The notes under the pieces are model-generated. The model ran no database searches, was not told the origin of the DNA, and saw nothing but the letters and a program-made list of their open reading frames with translations. The position numbers were made by a program, and so were the translations under genes. DNA of 64,000 nucleotides from a virus (taxonomy: Duplodnaviria; Caudoviricetes): IMG/VR virus record IMGVR_UViG_3300024346_000004. One strand, given 5' to 3'. This document shows, one piece after another, positions 11,388 to 22,823 of the stretch (within the stretch, counting starts at the first letter, position 1; each line of letters starts with the position of its first letter).

Positions 11388-12325
11388 TGTCAAACATATT
11401 TTTTACAAGAACAGAAAATTCAATTACTAATTCATTCAATGATTATAATATTAAATTTTCATTACTTTCCGCCCCAGTAAATTACATTATTCAAGAAGAC
11501 GAAATATCAGTATTTTATTTACGTGATAATTTTCTTGCTGTAGTCAAAAATGAAAATAATTCTTTTTACTACAGTTTGACTAATAACTCAAATATTTCTG
11601 TTACTGCTGGATTAGAAATAAATAATCTAAAAGGCTATTATTCATATTCTTCACAAAGACATGATCTGTATTTTGATGAGTTTAAAGTTGAATTATATTT
11701 AGATGATTGTTCTGCCGAAATTGAAGATTCAGGATTTATGCTATTACGAGCACAAAATGAATCATCAAGATTTTACATAAGATTCATTACACCTGAAATT
11801 CAAAGCTTATCATTTGAAGCAAAAGCATTACAAAATTCTGTTTTTGTAGAAGCTGGAATGAGAGAACCTGAATTTGCGATTGGTGTTTTTGATGATTCTA
11901 ACTTTACTAGACCAAGAGATGTAAGATTAGGTACTCCTGTAATTTCAACAGTACCAACATCAGGAACTACTACGACTACTGGAGAAAAAGACTCTATTGA
12001 ATTAGGTGAAGGTTTTCCAAGTAGAGTCATGCATTTTAAAATTGTATGCGACACTATCATTGAAACTGGTATGACAACAGGGTCTTTATCTGCTCTTAAA
12101 TTAAGTGTTTCAATGCCATCTGGATTAGATACAGTTAAGGAACCTGAATACGCTCCTATATATTTTGTTTCTTATTCTGCTGACAATACAACTTCTGTTT
12201 ATAGAGCATCTTTTGAGTTCTATAAAGAAGATACAATTAAATATGTGGACGGCTATCTTTACTTAGATGTTATTTGTCCTATGATTGTACAAAAGACATT
12301 ACCTATATCATTTGAAATAATCTAA
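11387..12325 (+). CDS. Hypothetical protein (312 aa)
   Basis: ORF is TAATG-coupled to the upstream gene. Confidence 0.7.
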   Translation: MSNIFFTRTENSITNSFNDYNIKFSLLSAPVNYIIQEDEISVFYLRDNFLAVVKNENNSFYYSLTNNSNISVTAGLEINNLKGYYSYSSQRHDLYFDEFKVELYLDDCSAEIEDSGFMLLRAQNESSRFYIRFITPEIQSLSFEAKALQNSVFVEAGMREPEFAIGVFDDSNFTRPRDVRLGTPVISTVPTSGTTTTTGEKDSIELGEGFPSRVMHFKIVCDTIIETGMTTGSLSALKLSVSMPSGLDTVKEPEYAPIYFVSYSADNTTSVYRASFEFYKEDTIKYVDGYLYLDVICPMIVQKTLPISFEII

Positions 12326-12353
12326 GGGTTTAATCATCCTTAAACAGAATAAT
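12325..12353 (+). promoter_or_regulatory. AGG-N18-AGAA promoter-like motif
   Basis: AGG gtttaatcatccttaaac AGAATAAT; the same motif recurs in other intergenic gaps. Confidence 0.6.
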
Positions 12354-12384
12354 TAGGTAATCAAAAATAAAACGGTGTTATTGA

Positions 12385-15300
12385 ATGCCTATAAAAGTTC
12401 AACTATTACTTCCAGACAATCTTAAGAGTTCTTATCTTCGGGCAAACTTTATTGAATCAGGCTCAGTTTATTCAACTAAAAAGCCTTCATTAAATTCAGC
12501 TATTGATAATAATAAACATACATTACAATTCAAATTTGAATTAACAGATAATGTCACAAGAGAACCTGTAGCCTTAAACAAGATTGTAAGTTTAAAAATT
12601 TCAAATGATCCTGAATTTTATTCAGCATCAACTGTTGAGCTTTTAAGCATTCCGTCAGATGGATCTTATTCATCCACTACTAATTATATAGTAAATCTAA
12701 ATCCAAATTACTTTTTTGGAACATCTCAAACATTAGAATCATCAAGATCTACTGCTGCTGGAGATGGTAGATTTATTGTAAATAATTGGCCACTATCTGC
12801 TACTGGCGGTCTGTCAACAGTTTATATGCAAGCTGTGGTTCAATCTGTCAGTGGTGATGAAGGTACTTATCCTGAAGGTTATGCTATTTATGATCAGATA
12901 GCATGGCAGGGTGAATTACCGTCAACTCCAGGAAGAGTATCATTATTATCTAACAATAGTGATTGGGTAGGCTCTCAGACATTAGCTCATTTCAAGCAAT
13001 CCTCTGATGCTTTTTCAGGTATCTCTTCTACTGGAGTTTCAAGCTATATTGGAGACTTTGTAGAATTTTTAGAAACAAACTTAAAATCTACAAGAGTTAC
13101 AACCACTGGCAATTTCAGAACTCTTGGCTCAAAATATGCAGCTACTTTATTATCTTTAACAGCCAATAGAGTAGATTATAATGGAGATAGCCCTACAACA
13201 GGCACTGGTGTTGCTATTGCATCTAATATAACATTAAATGCAGGTTCAGGTAGAGGAGCTTTATTAACTTCAGCTACATCTACTAGAACAACATCTACTC
13301 CGGGATATTTTACTCAAGGATATATTTCATTAGCTCTAAATACTAGTACATCAGAATATAGATACATTGGCAAGTTAATTGCTGGTGCTGAAAATATTAC
13401 AATAAAAATCACATCTGCTAATAATGCAGCTCCAGTGGCAGTACTATCAAGATCAGGTTCGGCTTTTACTCAAACAACTACACTACCTGAACATACAAGA
13501 TCATTATTTCTATTAGGTGGTCTATTTGAGATATTTGTAGCAAAAACAAGTGATTCACAATTAATTTGTTCAGCTTATTTCACAGCCACTGATAATCAAA
13601 GTTATTTGCTATGTGATTCTTTATTACCAGATTTTACAACCGATGTTATTTCATCTGCTTTTGGTGTTTCTATCAATGCAGCAGACGGAACAGCTAGAAT
13701 AGAAGAAATCTCACAAGCTATAGGTAGATCATGGTTGTCAGCTGATTTAGGTGATTGCGAGACAGAAGATTATCATCCTGTCAATTTCCCTGTAGTAAAA
13801 GTGGACAATTGGTTAACATCCGTAAATGTGGATGACGATTGGATTTATTATAACACAAATATATCCGTACCTACTAAAAACCCCGTATACACTTCATATT
13901 TGATTTTCCCCAAATTAGATAGTGGCGAAATTGCTGAATTACAATGTGGAAAACCAACTTTATCTTCTAGATTTAGATTGGATATGTCATTTACACATGC
14001 TAATAATATTTTATATACTTCATTCTCCACACAGCATACCCAGGAGCTAAATTCCGAAAATAATCAAAGACCAATGGTTTCTAGAACGATGCCTGGTTAT
14101 GTACCTTCTACAGAACCATTTGATTGTTCTACAGTAACGGTGTTTTTTGATGCTACTAGAAGAGAAATATATGCAGTAAGCAGATTATTTAATAATACTG
14201 TTAGCACACATGTTTTAGCAAGATATACCCCCGACACCACAGATACATTTTCTATAGAAATATCTGATACTAATCCAGTAGGTTCTGTAGGTATTACAAA
14301 TGATTCAGTAGCAAATGGTACATGGATTATTCTTAGAAAAAATAATTCTTTTGAAGGGTCCGTGCAATTATCTAATAAACTTTTACCACATGATTCTGGA
14401 TTAGGTTATTATTTTTCTATTGGTTGTTTGGCTAACACATTTGGTGATGTTTCTTCCAATACTATTGTTAGAAATTTAGCTGTTTATGGTTTACCTGAAT
14501 TAAACAGAGATGAAATTTTAGATCCAGTCAATACCAGACATTTCTTGAAATCTGATACAGGCACAACAAATGGTAAGCCATGGTTAGGCCAATATTTATT
14601 AGCAGGAGCTACCGATTTTGATAAGTGGGATTATGTAGTACCTGAGGCTAATGGTTATGAAATTCTGGTACAGGTAACTACTACCGGTAATAATATAATC
14701 GATACCGCTACGCCGTCTATAGTTGATGGATATACTGTTAAAGCTGGAGATGTAATTCTTGTTAAAGATCAAACAGAAATATCAGAAAATGGTTTATACT
14801 TGGTCATCAATGCTGGAACTAACGGTACATGGACTAAGCTTTCATATGGTTCTCCTTATCTTACAGGACAGAAAAATCAACCTATAAGTATTGTTAATGG
14901 AACTGTTAATGGTGGAACATTATGGTATTCAGATTATCCAGAAGGCCTTGTTTCTTCGACAAGTTTGATTTTTAAATCTACTGTATTTGCTAAAAGAATA
15001 GATTTTTCTTCTTTATCCGCTTTTTATTCTTCAATTAGCCCTACATTGATGGAGATTAAAGCATTATGGACATCAAGAAACTTACCAGCTGAAGCATTTA
15101 ATATAAAGTTTAGATTTTTTGCAGATAATATAAGTACAATTGGTAGCGCAAAAACAGATTGGTTTGAGCTAGACTTGAATCCTTTGAATACTACTGCTAT
15201 TTCTGGAGCTTATAATGAATTATTGCAGAAGATTTTGGTGTATTCTGATGCACAAACAGTTCCAGGTTTAGTATTTACAGAACCAGTAGAAGACCCTAAC

Positions 15301-18300
15301 GATCAAACAGATACTGGATCTAGACCTCTTACAATTACAAATAATGAAAAAGTTTGGTCTGCTATAAGAATGCCTATGGGATTCAAAATGGCAAGTGCTA
15401 TATCCAAAGAAACTACAGATCCAGAAATTATTGAATCTGGATCATATAGAGGATGGAATTTAGCTCCTAGACTATGGTTTAAGTTATTTGCTAAAGCCAC
15501 CCCTAGAGAAAGAAATAAAACTAATAATGTTATTCAGCAAGCAAGAACAAGAGCTTTTTCTCACGCTTTTGTCTCAGGCTCTGCTAATAATTTATCGTTA
15601 CCAAAAAAAGTAGATATAATAGCTCCAGCAGATACAGACAGTTTACGACCTACTATCTCAACAGTTATTGACCCATCAGTTAGATCTGCTGTACTTTCTA
15701 TCTTAGCAAATGACTCACAATCTGGAAATCTTGCTTTTAGAGTAGGAAAAGAAACAGATTATGGCATTGTTGAATATTCTCCATGGCAATCTTGGTCTCA
15801 GTATAATTTAGGTGGTACTACTAAATATTCTGTTTATTTATATGGCACTTCTAAAAAGAATCTATTAGGTTCCGTAGATGTTAATACTGCAAACTTAAAT
15901 GCTGGTATGATTGGTGCTAGAAAAGTCTGGGTTCAAGTCATAGATAGGGTTGGAAATATATCTGAATCTTATCCTCTAACATTATTTGCCCCAGGACTAT
16001 CTATTGTCGATACTACCGCTCCTTCTGGAACAGCAGAATTTTATAATACTACTACAGAATCAAAAGCAGAATATACTAACAAAACATGGAATTGGCTTAA
16101 GCTCGACACTCAGGATAGAGTTACTACAGTCAAAGATTTCCGTGTTAGAATTATCACAGCAAATGGTCCTGGAGGTTGGTCAAGCTGGAATTACTTAAAA
16201 GAATTCAATCCAGTATCTTTCACAGGATTACAAGAAGGCATTAGACAATTAGAAGTTCAATTTAGAGATTATGGAAATAATATATCTCCAGCACAAGATT
16301 TCTACTCACCATTAGTTAGTCAAGATAACCTTGTATTTGTTTCATCTACTGTGTGGCAAAAAACTTCAACAAATCTTGAATCAGCATATTTTGGCGGTGT
16401 CAAGCAACAAACATTTACTGGTATGAAATTAGTACCAGCAACCGGTTCGCAGTATACATCTCTTACTGCTTTTACATTATTGGATACTGTTACAGGAAGA
16501 ACACTTAATTTAAGAACAGTTGATAATTTGACAATCAATGGTACAGCAGTATCATACGTTATAGATTCTACTTCTGGCTTAATTATATTTGCTAGCGCTA
16601 TATCTAACTACTCTTCTGTTACTGTAAATGTAAGTAGAAATTCTGCTATCTTATATGAATGGGATAATAATACATTTTCACAAATTGCTGATCTTGGCAA
16701 TTATAATGAATTATGTATTACTAGTATGACATCTTATTCAGGTGGTATTGTTATCGGCACTGCTTCTGGAAATATTTATTTATATGATGGCAAGGTTATT
16801 TCTGGTAGTTATTTTACTGCACAAGATGTAATACGCTTACCGATTGCTTCTTTAAAGATCCATAGATTTGAACATGAAACAAATTCATATGTTTATGCAA
16901 GCACTGACAAAAAGCCTAGATTATATAGATGTTTAGTTGATGATTTGAAAACAGGATCATCTTGGGTTAGAGTAGCTTCTTCAGGAGATCTTGATTTATC
17001 TTCTGGTGGTGCTTTGTCAATGGTTTCATCATTCAATAAATTATTTATCGGATGTAGAAATTCAAAAATCTTAAGATATACAAGAACATCAAATAAATAT
17101 GCAACAGAATCTGAAATATTAGAGTCAAGTTTATTAGTATCACAAAATCTAGGGTTAAATGAAAGCACAAACTCTACAGCTATAACATTAAGCGTAGCAC
17201 CAAATTCTGTTATAGCCGGTATTTCTGAAAGACCTGAAATTTGGACATACTCAGAAGAATATGTAAATAATCCTGAATCATCTGATTTATGGACTAAAAT
17301 TAATTTTGATGAAATGTTTGTTCAAGATCCAGCTCCTGCACAATATTATTTCACAGATACAAATTACAAAGGCAATACTACACAAAGAATTTCATCTTAT
17401 ATTGGTCAAATTGGTCTGTATGATGAGTTTATGCCTGGTAAAAAGAAAGATTATTTAAAATTATCAGCTACTTCTTCAGGTATTTCTCTTTATGATTTTA
17501 GCTTAGGTACTGATTGGGAACAAATTATAAATGCAAATCAACCTGCTGTTCTATTAGATATTCCTGTAAAAGTTGCAACAACAATTAATGTAACCTTATC
17601 TGGTTTGCAATCCGTTGACGGTATATCTGTATTGAATAATGATAGAGTATTAGTCAAGAATCAAACTGTTCAATCAGAAAATGGTATATATGTTGCTTCT
17701 TCAGGTATTTGGGTTAGAGATGGCGATTTTAACCAATCATCAGGTTTAGTTTATAGAACAGGTGTATATGTCACATCCGGTTTGATAAATAGTAAATCAA
17801 CATGGATATTAACTTCCCAAGCTCCTTATGTATTTGGTACGACTGCATTTATTTTTGAAAAACCTAAATATACTATCGATATAGAAACACAAAATGTTTC
17901 AGGTACAGGTAAGCAGGGTGTTTCAGTTAGTGATTCATATTGGAATTATAATGTTAAATATTCTACTGCTGGATTAACAATTGATAGCGGTAGTAACAGT
18001 AAAACAGTATCATTCCCAAATATAGATGATTCATATTTTGTTTCTATGTCCGTTACTGACTCACAGCCAAATCCCAATAGTCAGCTAGTCAAAGCATGGA
18101 CATTTGCAAGCATTGGAGGTAATGAGGATACTGGGCCTTATTGGGGAACTGGTTCAACAGGTACATATGATGCTTGGTTTGCTGGTCCGTATGTCGTACC
18201 TGTCACATCTGGAACGATAACAAATACCGCAGGAACAGTTTTATCCGAATCAACATCCTCGGAAGCTTCTTTTACTACTACAAACTATTTTCTTAGAGTG

Positions 18301-19245
18301 TCTACGGATACATCACTTAAAAGTGGTAATCCAAAAGTAGTTTGGCAAAATACTGATATATATTCAAACAATGTAACTAATTTTTCTGTAAATACTACCA
18401 AGAGTATTGTAGTGGATAATATGTGTTATATCGAAATTAGATTAAAGACAGTATATTCATCAACTTTAAACACCAATAATTCCTCTGCTAAAATAAATCT
18501 TTATTATTCTAGCAACTCTGGACAAAATAAAAATTATATTTCTCAACCAATTGCTAACAATGAAGAATATAATACTTATAGGTTTAGACCATCTTGGAAT
18601 GGAATCGTAAATTACATAGCATTTGAATTTGCAGATTTTGATGTTATCCCAGCTAATTTTGATATTGATTATATCAAAATAATTAAAATAAATGGATATG
18701 CTTCAATAACGAGTGCACCTTCAAGAATCAGAATAGGTGTTGATGGGCGAGATTTATCTATTTGGCATGGTAATAACAACGAGCCATTATTCTATCAAAA
18801 GAATTTCTTAGATCTTAAATCTTCTCAAAAATCATTAAAATTTGGTAAATTAGATTCTGAAGATGGAGCTAGTGAATATATTTATGGTGGATTGAAATTT
18901 ACTGTAGGAAATGTTTATTCTCCAACTAAAATTAATATTAGTGATTTTCATATGACATGGAGATTCCCTTCTACTGGTGGTGTCAGACAATTAGTTCATC
19001 ACATGGGCTCTATATATGCTCTCACTGATGGATCTATCACACAAAGAAAATCTGATAACCCAGATGATAGACAAATGAAAACATTTAAATATGATAGCGG
19101 TAGAGAGGTATGGATATCTGAAACCAATTTCCATGCCAGAGAAATTATAAATAATGATCTATTAGGAGTGATTAGACCACTCACTTCTTTAAGTCATAAC
19201 GGCATAATGTTACTTTGTGGGCAGTATGGAAGTATTATTGAGTAA
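12385..19245 (+). CDS. Giant tail / baseplate protein (2286 aa)
   Basis: Two DxxLVKxQ...ENG tail motifs, repeated Ig-like modules (VWVQVIDRVGNIS, VQFRDYGNNIS) and propeller-like segments. Confidence 0.7.
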   Translation: MPIKVQLLLPDNLKSSYLRANFIESGSVYSTKKPSLNSAIDNNKHTLQFKFELTDNVTREPVALNKIVSLKISNDPEFYSASTVELLSIPSDGSYSSTTNYIVNLNPNYFFGTSQTLESSRSTAAGDGRFIVNNWPLSATGGLSTVYMQAVVQSVSGDEGTYPEGYAIYDQIAWQGELPSTPGRVSLLSNNSDWVGSQTLAHFKQSSDAFSGISSTGVSSYIGDFVEFLETNLKSTRVTTTGNFRTLGSKYAATLLSLTANRVDYNGDSPTTGTGVAIASNITLNAGSGRGALLTSATSTRTTSTPGYFTQGYISLALNTSTSEYRYIGKLIAGAENITIKITSANNAAPVAVLSRSGSAFTQTTTLPEHTRSLFLLGGLFEIFVAKTSDSQLICSAYFTATDNQSYLLCDSLLPDFTTDVISSAFGVSINAADGTARIEEISQAIGRSWLSADLGDCETEDYHPVNFPVVKVDNWLTSVNVDDDWIYYNTNISVPTKNPVYTSYLIFPKLDSGEIAELQCGKPTLSSRFRLDMSFTHANNILYTSFSTQHTQELNSENNQRPMVSRTMPGYVPSTEPFDCSTVTVFFDATRREIYAVSRLFNNTVSTHVLARYTPDTTDTFSIEISDTNPVGSVGITNDSVANGTWIILRKNNSFEGSVQLSNKLLPHDSGLGYYFSIGCLANTFGDVSSNTIVRNLAVYGLPELNRDEILDPVNTRHFLKSDTGTTNGKPWLGQYLLAGATDFDKWDYVVPEANGYEILVQVTTTGNNIIDTATPSIVDGYTVKAGDVILVKDQTEISENGLYLVINAGTNGTWTKLSYGSPYLTGQKNQPISIVNGTVNGGTLWYSDYPEGLVSSTSLIFKSTVFAKRIDFSSLSAFYSSISPTLMEIKALWTSRNLPAEAFNIKFRFFADNISTIGSAKTDWFELDLNPLNTTAISGAYNELLQKILVYSDAQTVPGLVFTEPVEDPNDQTDTGSRPLTITNNEKVWSAIRMPMGFKMASAISKETTDPEIIESGSYRGWNLAPRLWFKLFAKATPRERNKTNNVIQQARTRAFSHAFVSGSANNLSLPKKVDIIAPADTDSLRPTISTVIDPSVRSAVLSILANDSQSGNLAFRVGKETDYGIVEYSPWQSWSQYNLGGTTKYSVYLYGTSKKNLLGSVDVNTANLNAGMIGARKVWVQVIDRVGNISESYPLTLFAPGLSIVDTTAPSGTAEFYNTTTESKAEYTNKTWNWLKLDTQDRVTTVKDFRVRIITANGPGGWSSWNYLKEFNPVSFTGLQEGIRQLEVQFRDYGNNISPAQDFYSPLVSQDNLVFVSSTVWQKTSTNLESAYFGGVKQQTFTGMKLVPATGSQYTSLTAFTLLDTVTGRTLNLRTVDNLTINGTAVSYVIDSTSGLIIFASAISNYSSVTVNVSRNSAILYEWDNNTFSQIADLGNYNELCITSMTSYSGGIVIGTASGNIYLYDGKVISGSYFTAQDVIRLPIASLKIHRFEHETNSYVYASTDKKPRLYRCLVDDLKTGSSWVRVASSGDLDLSSGGALSMVSSFNKLFIGCRNSKILRYTRTSNKYATESEILESSLLVSQNLGLNESTNSTAITLSVAPNSVIAGISERPEIWTYSEEYVNNPESSDLWTKINFDEMFVQDPAPAQYYFTDTNYKGNTTQRISSYIGQIGLYDEFMPGKKKDYLKLSATSSGISLYDFSLGTDWEQIINANQPAVLLDIPVKVATTINVTLSGLQSVDGISVLNNDRVLVKNQTVQSENGIYVASSGIWVRDGDFNQSSGLVYRTGVYVTSGLINSKSTWILTSQAPYVFGTTAFIFEKPKYTIDIETQNVSGTGKQGVSVSDSYWNYNVKYSTAGLTIDSGSNSKTVSFPNIDDSYFVSMSVTDSQPNPNSQLVKAWTFASIGGNEDTGPYWGTGSTGTYDAWFAGPYVVPVTSGTITNTAGTVLSESTSSEASFTTTNYFLRVSTDTSLKSGNPKVVWQNTDIYSNNVTNFSVNTTKSIVVDNMCYIEIRLKTVYSSTLNTNNSSAKINLYYSSNSGQNKNYISQPIANNEEYNTYRFRPSWNGIVNYIAFEFADFDVIPANFDIDYIKIIKINGYASITSAPSRIRIGVDGRDLSIWHGNNNEPLFYQKNFLDLKSSQKSLKFGKLDSEDGASEYIYGGLKFTVGNVYSPTKINISDFHMTWRFPSTGGVRQLVHHMGSIYALTDGSITQRKSDNPDDRQMKTFKYDSGREVWISETNFHAREIINNDLLGVIRPLTSLSHNGIMLLCGQYGSIIE

Positions 19246-19247
19246 AA

Positions 19248-22200
19248 ATGGCAAACAATAAATCTAGAAAATCTAAAAAAAATCAGGAAGAAATTGTAAA
19301 AATCTTCAATGTAGATCCTAGCAACTTCTTTGATATTTACTCTTGGATTGATACACTTGGCTCACTTCCAAAAACTACAGTATCACAAAAAAAGTCAAGC
19401 TATTCTACAGCTCAGATTGTTTATGATATTACCGCACCAGAAGGAATTGTTATACTAAATGAAAATAAAGACTCTGGAGGAATTGCTGTCCACCAATTTT
19501 CAGCTTTTGGCTCCTCCACTTCTTCAGATTCTGCTACAACATCAGATAAAGTACTAGAAAAAAGATATGAGGGATTTAGATTCTCAGCTACTGCATCACA
19601 AACAGTAAAGTCCCTCATATTAAGACTTAAAAGATCTGCTAATATAACAAACAATTCTAATTCTATAAAGCTATTACTATATTCAGACAATAACGGCACA
19701 CCTGATCAGTTATTATCATCAAGCAGTAATCAGATATTATTTTCACAACTCGGTACTACTTATGCCGAATTTGAATTTGATATTACTTCAGATATTGTAA
19801 TTTCGAATTCTTACTGGTTTGTATTAGATATTCCTACTTATCCATTAACCAGTGATAATGCTTTTATTTCATTAGCTTATGTTTCAGATTCTTCATTGTA
19901 TTCTACTTCACAAGATTCTTTAACATGGACTAAATCTGCAGGTAGAGCATTTTATAAAATCACTGGAGAAAATACAGATTCTTTATCAGATACAACCGTA
20001 GCAGTAGATTTACTTGATAATCCTGTAAGACCTGCTGTTTCCTTTGGTGGATCTGAAAATGAAAGTTCTTATGAGCTAATTGGCTACGGAAATGTAAATT
20101 ATCTTACAAAATATTTTGAGCTTACTAATGGAGTATATCCTGAGGTATCTTCAATAGTTGTTGGAGCTACAGCATCTAAAGCTAAACAATATTCTATAGA
20201 AATTAAAACATCTCCTACCGATACATGGAAATCTGTTTATCGAACTATAGCTGATGAATATTCTACTGATTTCTTAAAGTACACATTCTCTACACCTATT
20301 AGATTATCAAATATCAGAATGTCATATAGGGGCGATTATTACACTAGTTCTAATACTGGATCATTCACATTAGCTGGTCAAGATTCATTATCCGACATAG
20401 AATCATTTCAAGCTAGTCATTACACTGATTTTAGAGATGCTATAGATTTCCCAAATGCTTCAACAGATGGATGGGTTTCGTTTACAGAAGGTATATCAAC
20501 ATTTAATTGGGATTTTGTAAACGAAAGCAGAGTATGGACCAAGCAAACAAATACATCTACAAGCCCATTAACTGAAGTTATTGCTTATGGATCAAAATTA
20601 ATTATTGCGTCAGGTAATAAGTTCTACAAATATTCTGAAAATCAATTATCTTTAGTACAGTCATTAGCTGGTACTGTAACTATCACATGCATAACTTTAC
20701 ATAAGGGTTCATTGTATGCTGGTACTTCTAATGGTATGGTTTACTATTCATCTTCTGGAGAATCATGGGTTATTATCAATCCACCTATATCTTCTTTAGA
20801 CCTTACACCTGTTCCGTTACAACCTATTAAAAGTCTTGGATCATACAGAGGCTTATTATGGGTAGGAACTAGTAGAACATCCACTCTAGATTCTGCAATA
20901 TATTCTTGGGATGATACTTCATTTTCTAAAGTAAAAACATTTTCTTCTAGGGATATATTATCTTTATCTTCTGGCAATAATAATCTTTATGTCGCTACTG
21001 GTGGAAGATTAGATTATATGGAATCTGCTATTTATAAATATAATGGCAAAGATTGGTCCTTGATATTAGATACTGAAGATGATCGCTTAGACTGCTTATA
21101 TTATTCATCTAATCTATCTTTACTTTTTGCAGCTACAAGTAATGGTAATATTTGGACATACGATAATACTACATTTACTAAAATATTTGAAACTGATAAT
21201 ACCGGATTCTTTGACATTTATGAAGACATATCAGGTACTTATGTTTGGTTTGCTGGTGATAAAACAGTAGTCACATACAAAAAATCTGATAAATCTTTTG
21301 GTTCATTATCTTATCCTTCATCTATACAATCAGGATTAGCGGCCACATACAGATCTTCTGATATTATAAATTACAAATCTTTTGATTATGAAGTTTCTAG
21401 AAATGATAAATTTGAATCTGACTTTAACTTCACCAATTTAGATACATCCAATCCGCTATCTGCTACATCTTATTATAATGTTGTCTATACAGGATATATC
21501 AATCCCGTATCAACCAATGTATATGACATAAAACTATCTACAAATACTGGCGTTAGAGTGTATTTGAACGATGAATTGTTTATTGACTCATGGACTAACA
21601 AAACTGTATCTGCTGACGTTATAGATACCTTTAATTTTACATTGAATTCAAAAGTAAAAATAGAAGTTAGATCTTTCATTGATACAGTTTCAACCCCTGC
21701 TATTTCTTTATTATGGAGAATTTCAGGTGTAGGATCTTATGTAACAATACCATCTTCTGTATTTACTAGACCGGGTGATGTTTATGGAGTGTCAAAATAT
21801 TCCACTTCTTTATATACGGTTAACAAAGACGGTAATGTTTATTTATTAGATGATAGTAATCTTAATACTACTGACAGAAATATTTATGTCAGATTGAAAG
21901 ATAAAGCAGGTAATTATCACGGTAGTCCTGTCTATACTGGTGTCTATAATTTTTATCAAGACTCTGACCATATCAAAGACAATATTAGCATAGGTACTCA
22001 GACTGTAAATGGTACTGCAATTTCTGATGGAAAGATTTATCAGATAGGCGAAGATAAACAAATTAAATCATTATTTGTTGCTAAAACTTCCGAAGCTTTA
22101 TATTCTCCAGATAGAGTTGTAAGAGCAACAGGTACATATGAAGTATTACCTCAATATATTGCAACGCTGACTAGATGGGATACTCTTACTTTATTAACAT

Positions 22201-22820
22201 CTACACCAGCTGGAACTACTCCAATTGAAGGATTAGATTCAGGTACAGAGGTAAAAATATACATACGTTCTGGCAATTCTAGAGATGAATGTTTAGCTGC
22301 TGATTGGGGAGTTCCATTTTCTTATGGAACTATTGGCAATTCTACTAACGCAGGATTGAATACCTCTACGTTTAATATATCTACAGTTCCAGGAAAATGG
22401 ATTCAATATAAAATTGAATTAGTATCCGCAACAAATAATTTATCACCAGAAGTTAGAGCAGTGACAATTTCTTATGTAGCTGCGGATTCTAGTTATTTCT
22501 TTACTAAGGTATTTGATACATCCGCTGAGACTGCTGATGCGATATTACCAGAGTTTAGAAGAGGGTTATTAACATCAAATCAAATCCCTAATGGTGGTAA
22601 TCTTGTTTATGGATATACAATTGATACAGATCCAGCTGTAACATTTGATTTTACAAGATATACAATAATTGAGCCTAATAGGGTATTTGAAATGCCAACC
22701 ACATCTTCAAAAATTAGAATCGGAATCTTGTTTGTATCAGTAGGTGTTAATCCAGCTATTGTAAATGATTTCGCAGTACAATTTGATTTAGGTGAATCTG
22801 ACCTTAAATTAATGGACTAA
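19248..22820 (+). CDS. Virion protein with beta-propeller and PA14 domain (1190 aa)
   Basis: PA14-like segment (YTGYINP...GVRVYLNDELFIDSW...ISLLW) at ~21420-21770; propeller repeats (LYAGTSNG, LWVGTS, LYVATG). Confidence 0.7.
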   Translation: MANNKSRKSKKNQEEIVKIFNVDPSNFFDIYSWIDTLGSLPKTTVSQKKSSYSTAQIVYDITAPEGIVILNENKDSGGIAVHQFSAFGSSTSSDSATTSDKVLEKRYEGFRFSATASQTVKSLILRLKRSANITNNSNSIKLLLYSDNNGTPDQLLSSSSNQILFSQLGTTYAEFEFDITSDIVISNSYWFVLDIPTYPLTSDNAFISLAYVSDSSLYSTSQDSLTWTKSAGRAFYKITGENTDSLSDTTVAVDLLDNPVRPAVSFGGSENESSYELIGYGNVNYLTKYFELTNGVYPEVSSIVVGATASKAKQYSIEIKTSPTDTWKSVYRTIADEYSTDFLKYTFSTPIRLSNIRMSYRGDYYTSSNTGSFTLAGQDSLSDIESFQASHYTDFRDAIDFPNASTDGWVSFTEGISTFNWDFVNESRVWTKQTNTSTSPLTEVIAYGSKLIIASGNKFYKYSENQLSLVQSLAGTVTITCITLHKGSLYAGTSNGMVYYSSSGESWVIINPPISSLDLTPVPLQPIKSLGSYRGLLWVGTSRTSTLDSAIYSWDDTSFSKVKTFSSRDILSLSSGNNNLYVATGGRLDYMESAIYKYNGKDWSLILDTEDDRLDCLYYSSNLSLLFAATSNGNIWTYDNTTFTKIFETDNTGFFDIYEDISGTYVWFAGDKTVVTYKKSDKSFGSLSYPSSIQSGLAATYRSSDIINYKSFDYEVSRNDKFESDFNFTNLDTSNPLSATSYYNVVYTGYINPVSTNVYDIKLSTNTGVRVYLNDELFIDSWTNKTVSADVIDTFNFTLNSKVKIEVRSFIDTVSTPAISLLWRISGVGSYVTIPSSVFTRPGDVYGVSKYSTSLYTVNKDGNVYLLDDSNLNTTDRNIYVRLKDKAGNYHGSPVYTGVYNFYQDSDHIKDNISIGTQTVNGTAISDGKIYQIGEDKQIKSLFVAKTSEALYSPDRVVRATGTYEVLPQYIATLTRWDTLTLLTSTPAGTTPIEGLDSGTEVKIYIRSGNSRDECLAADWGVPFSYGTIGNSTNAGLNTSTFNISTVPGKWIQYKIELVSATNNLSPEVRAVTISYVAADSSYFFTKVFDTSAETADAILPEFRRGLLTSNQIPNGGNLVYGYTIDTDPAVTFDFTRYTIIEPNRVFEMPTTSSKIRIGILFVSVGVNPAIVNDFAVQFDLGESDLKLMD

Positions 22821-22823
22821 TAA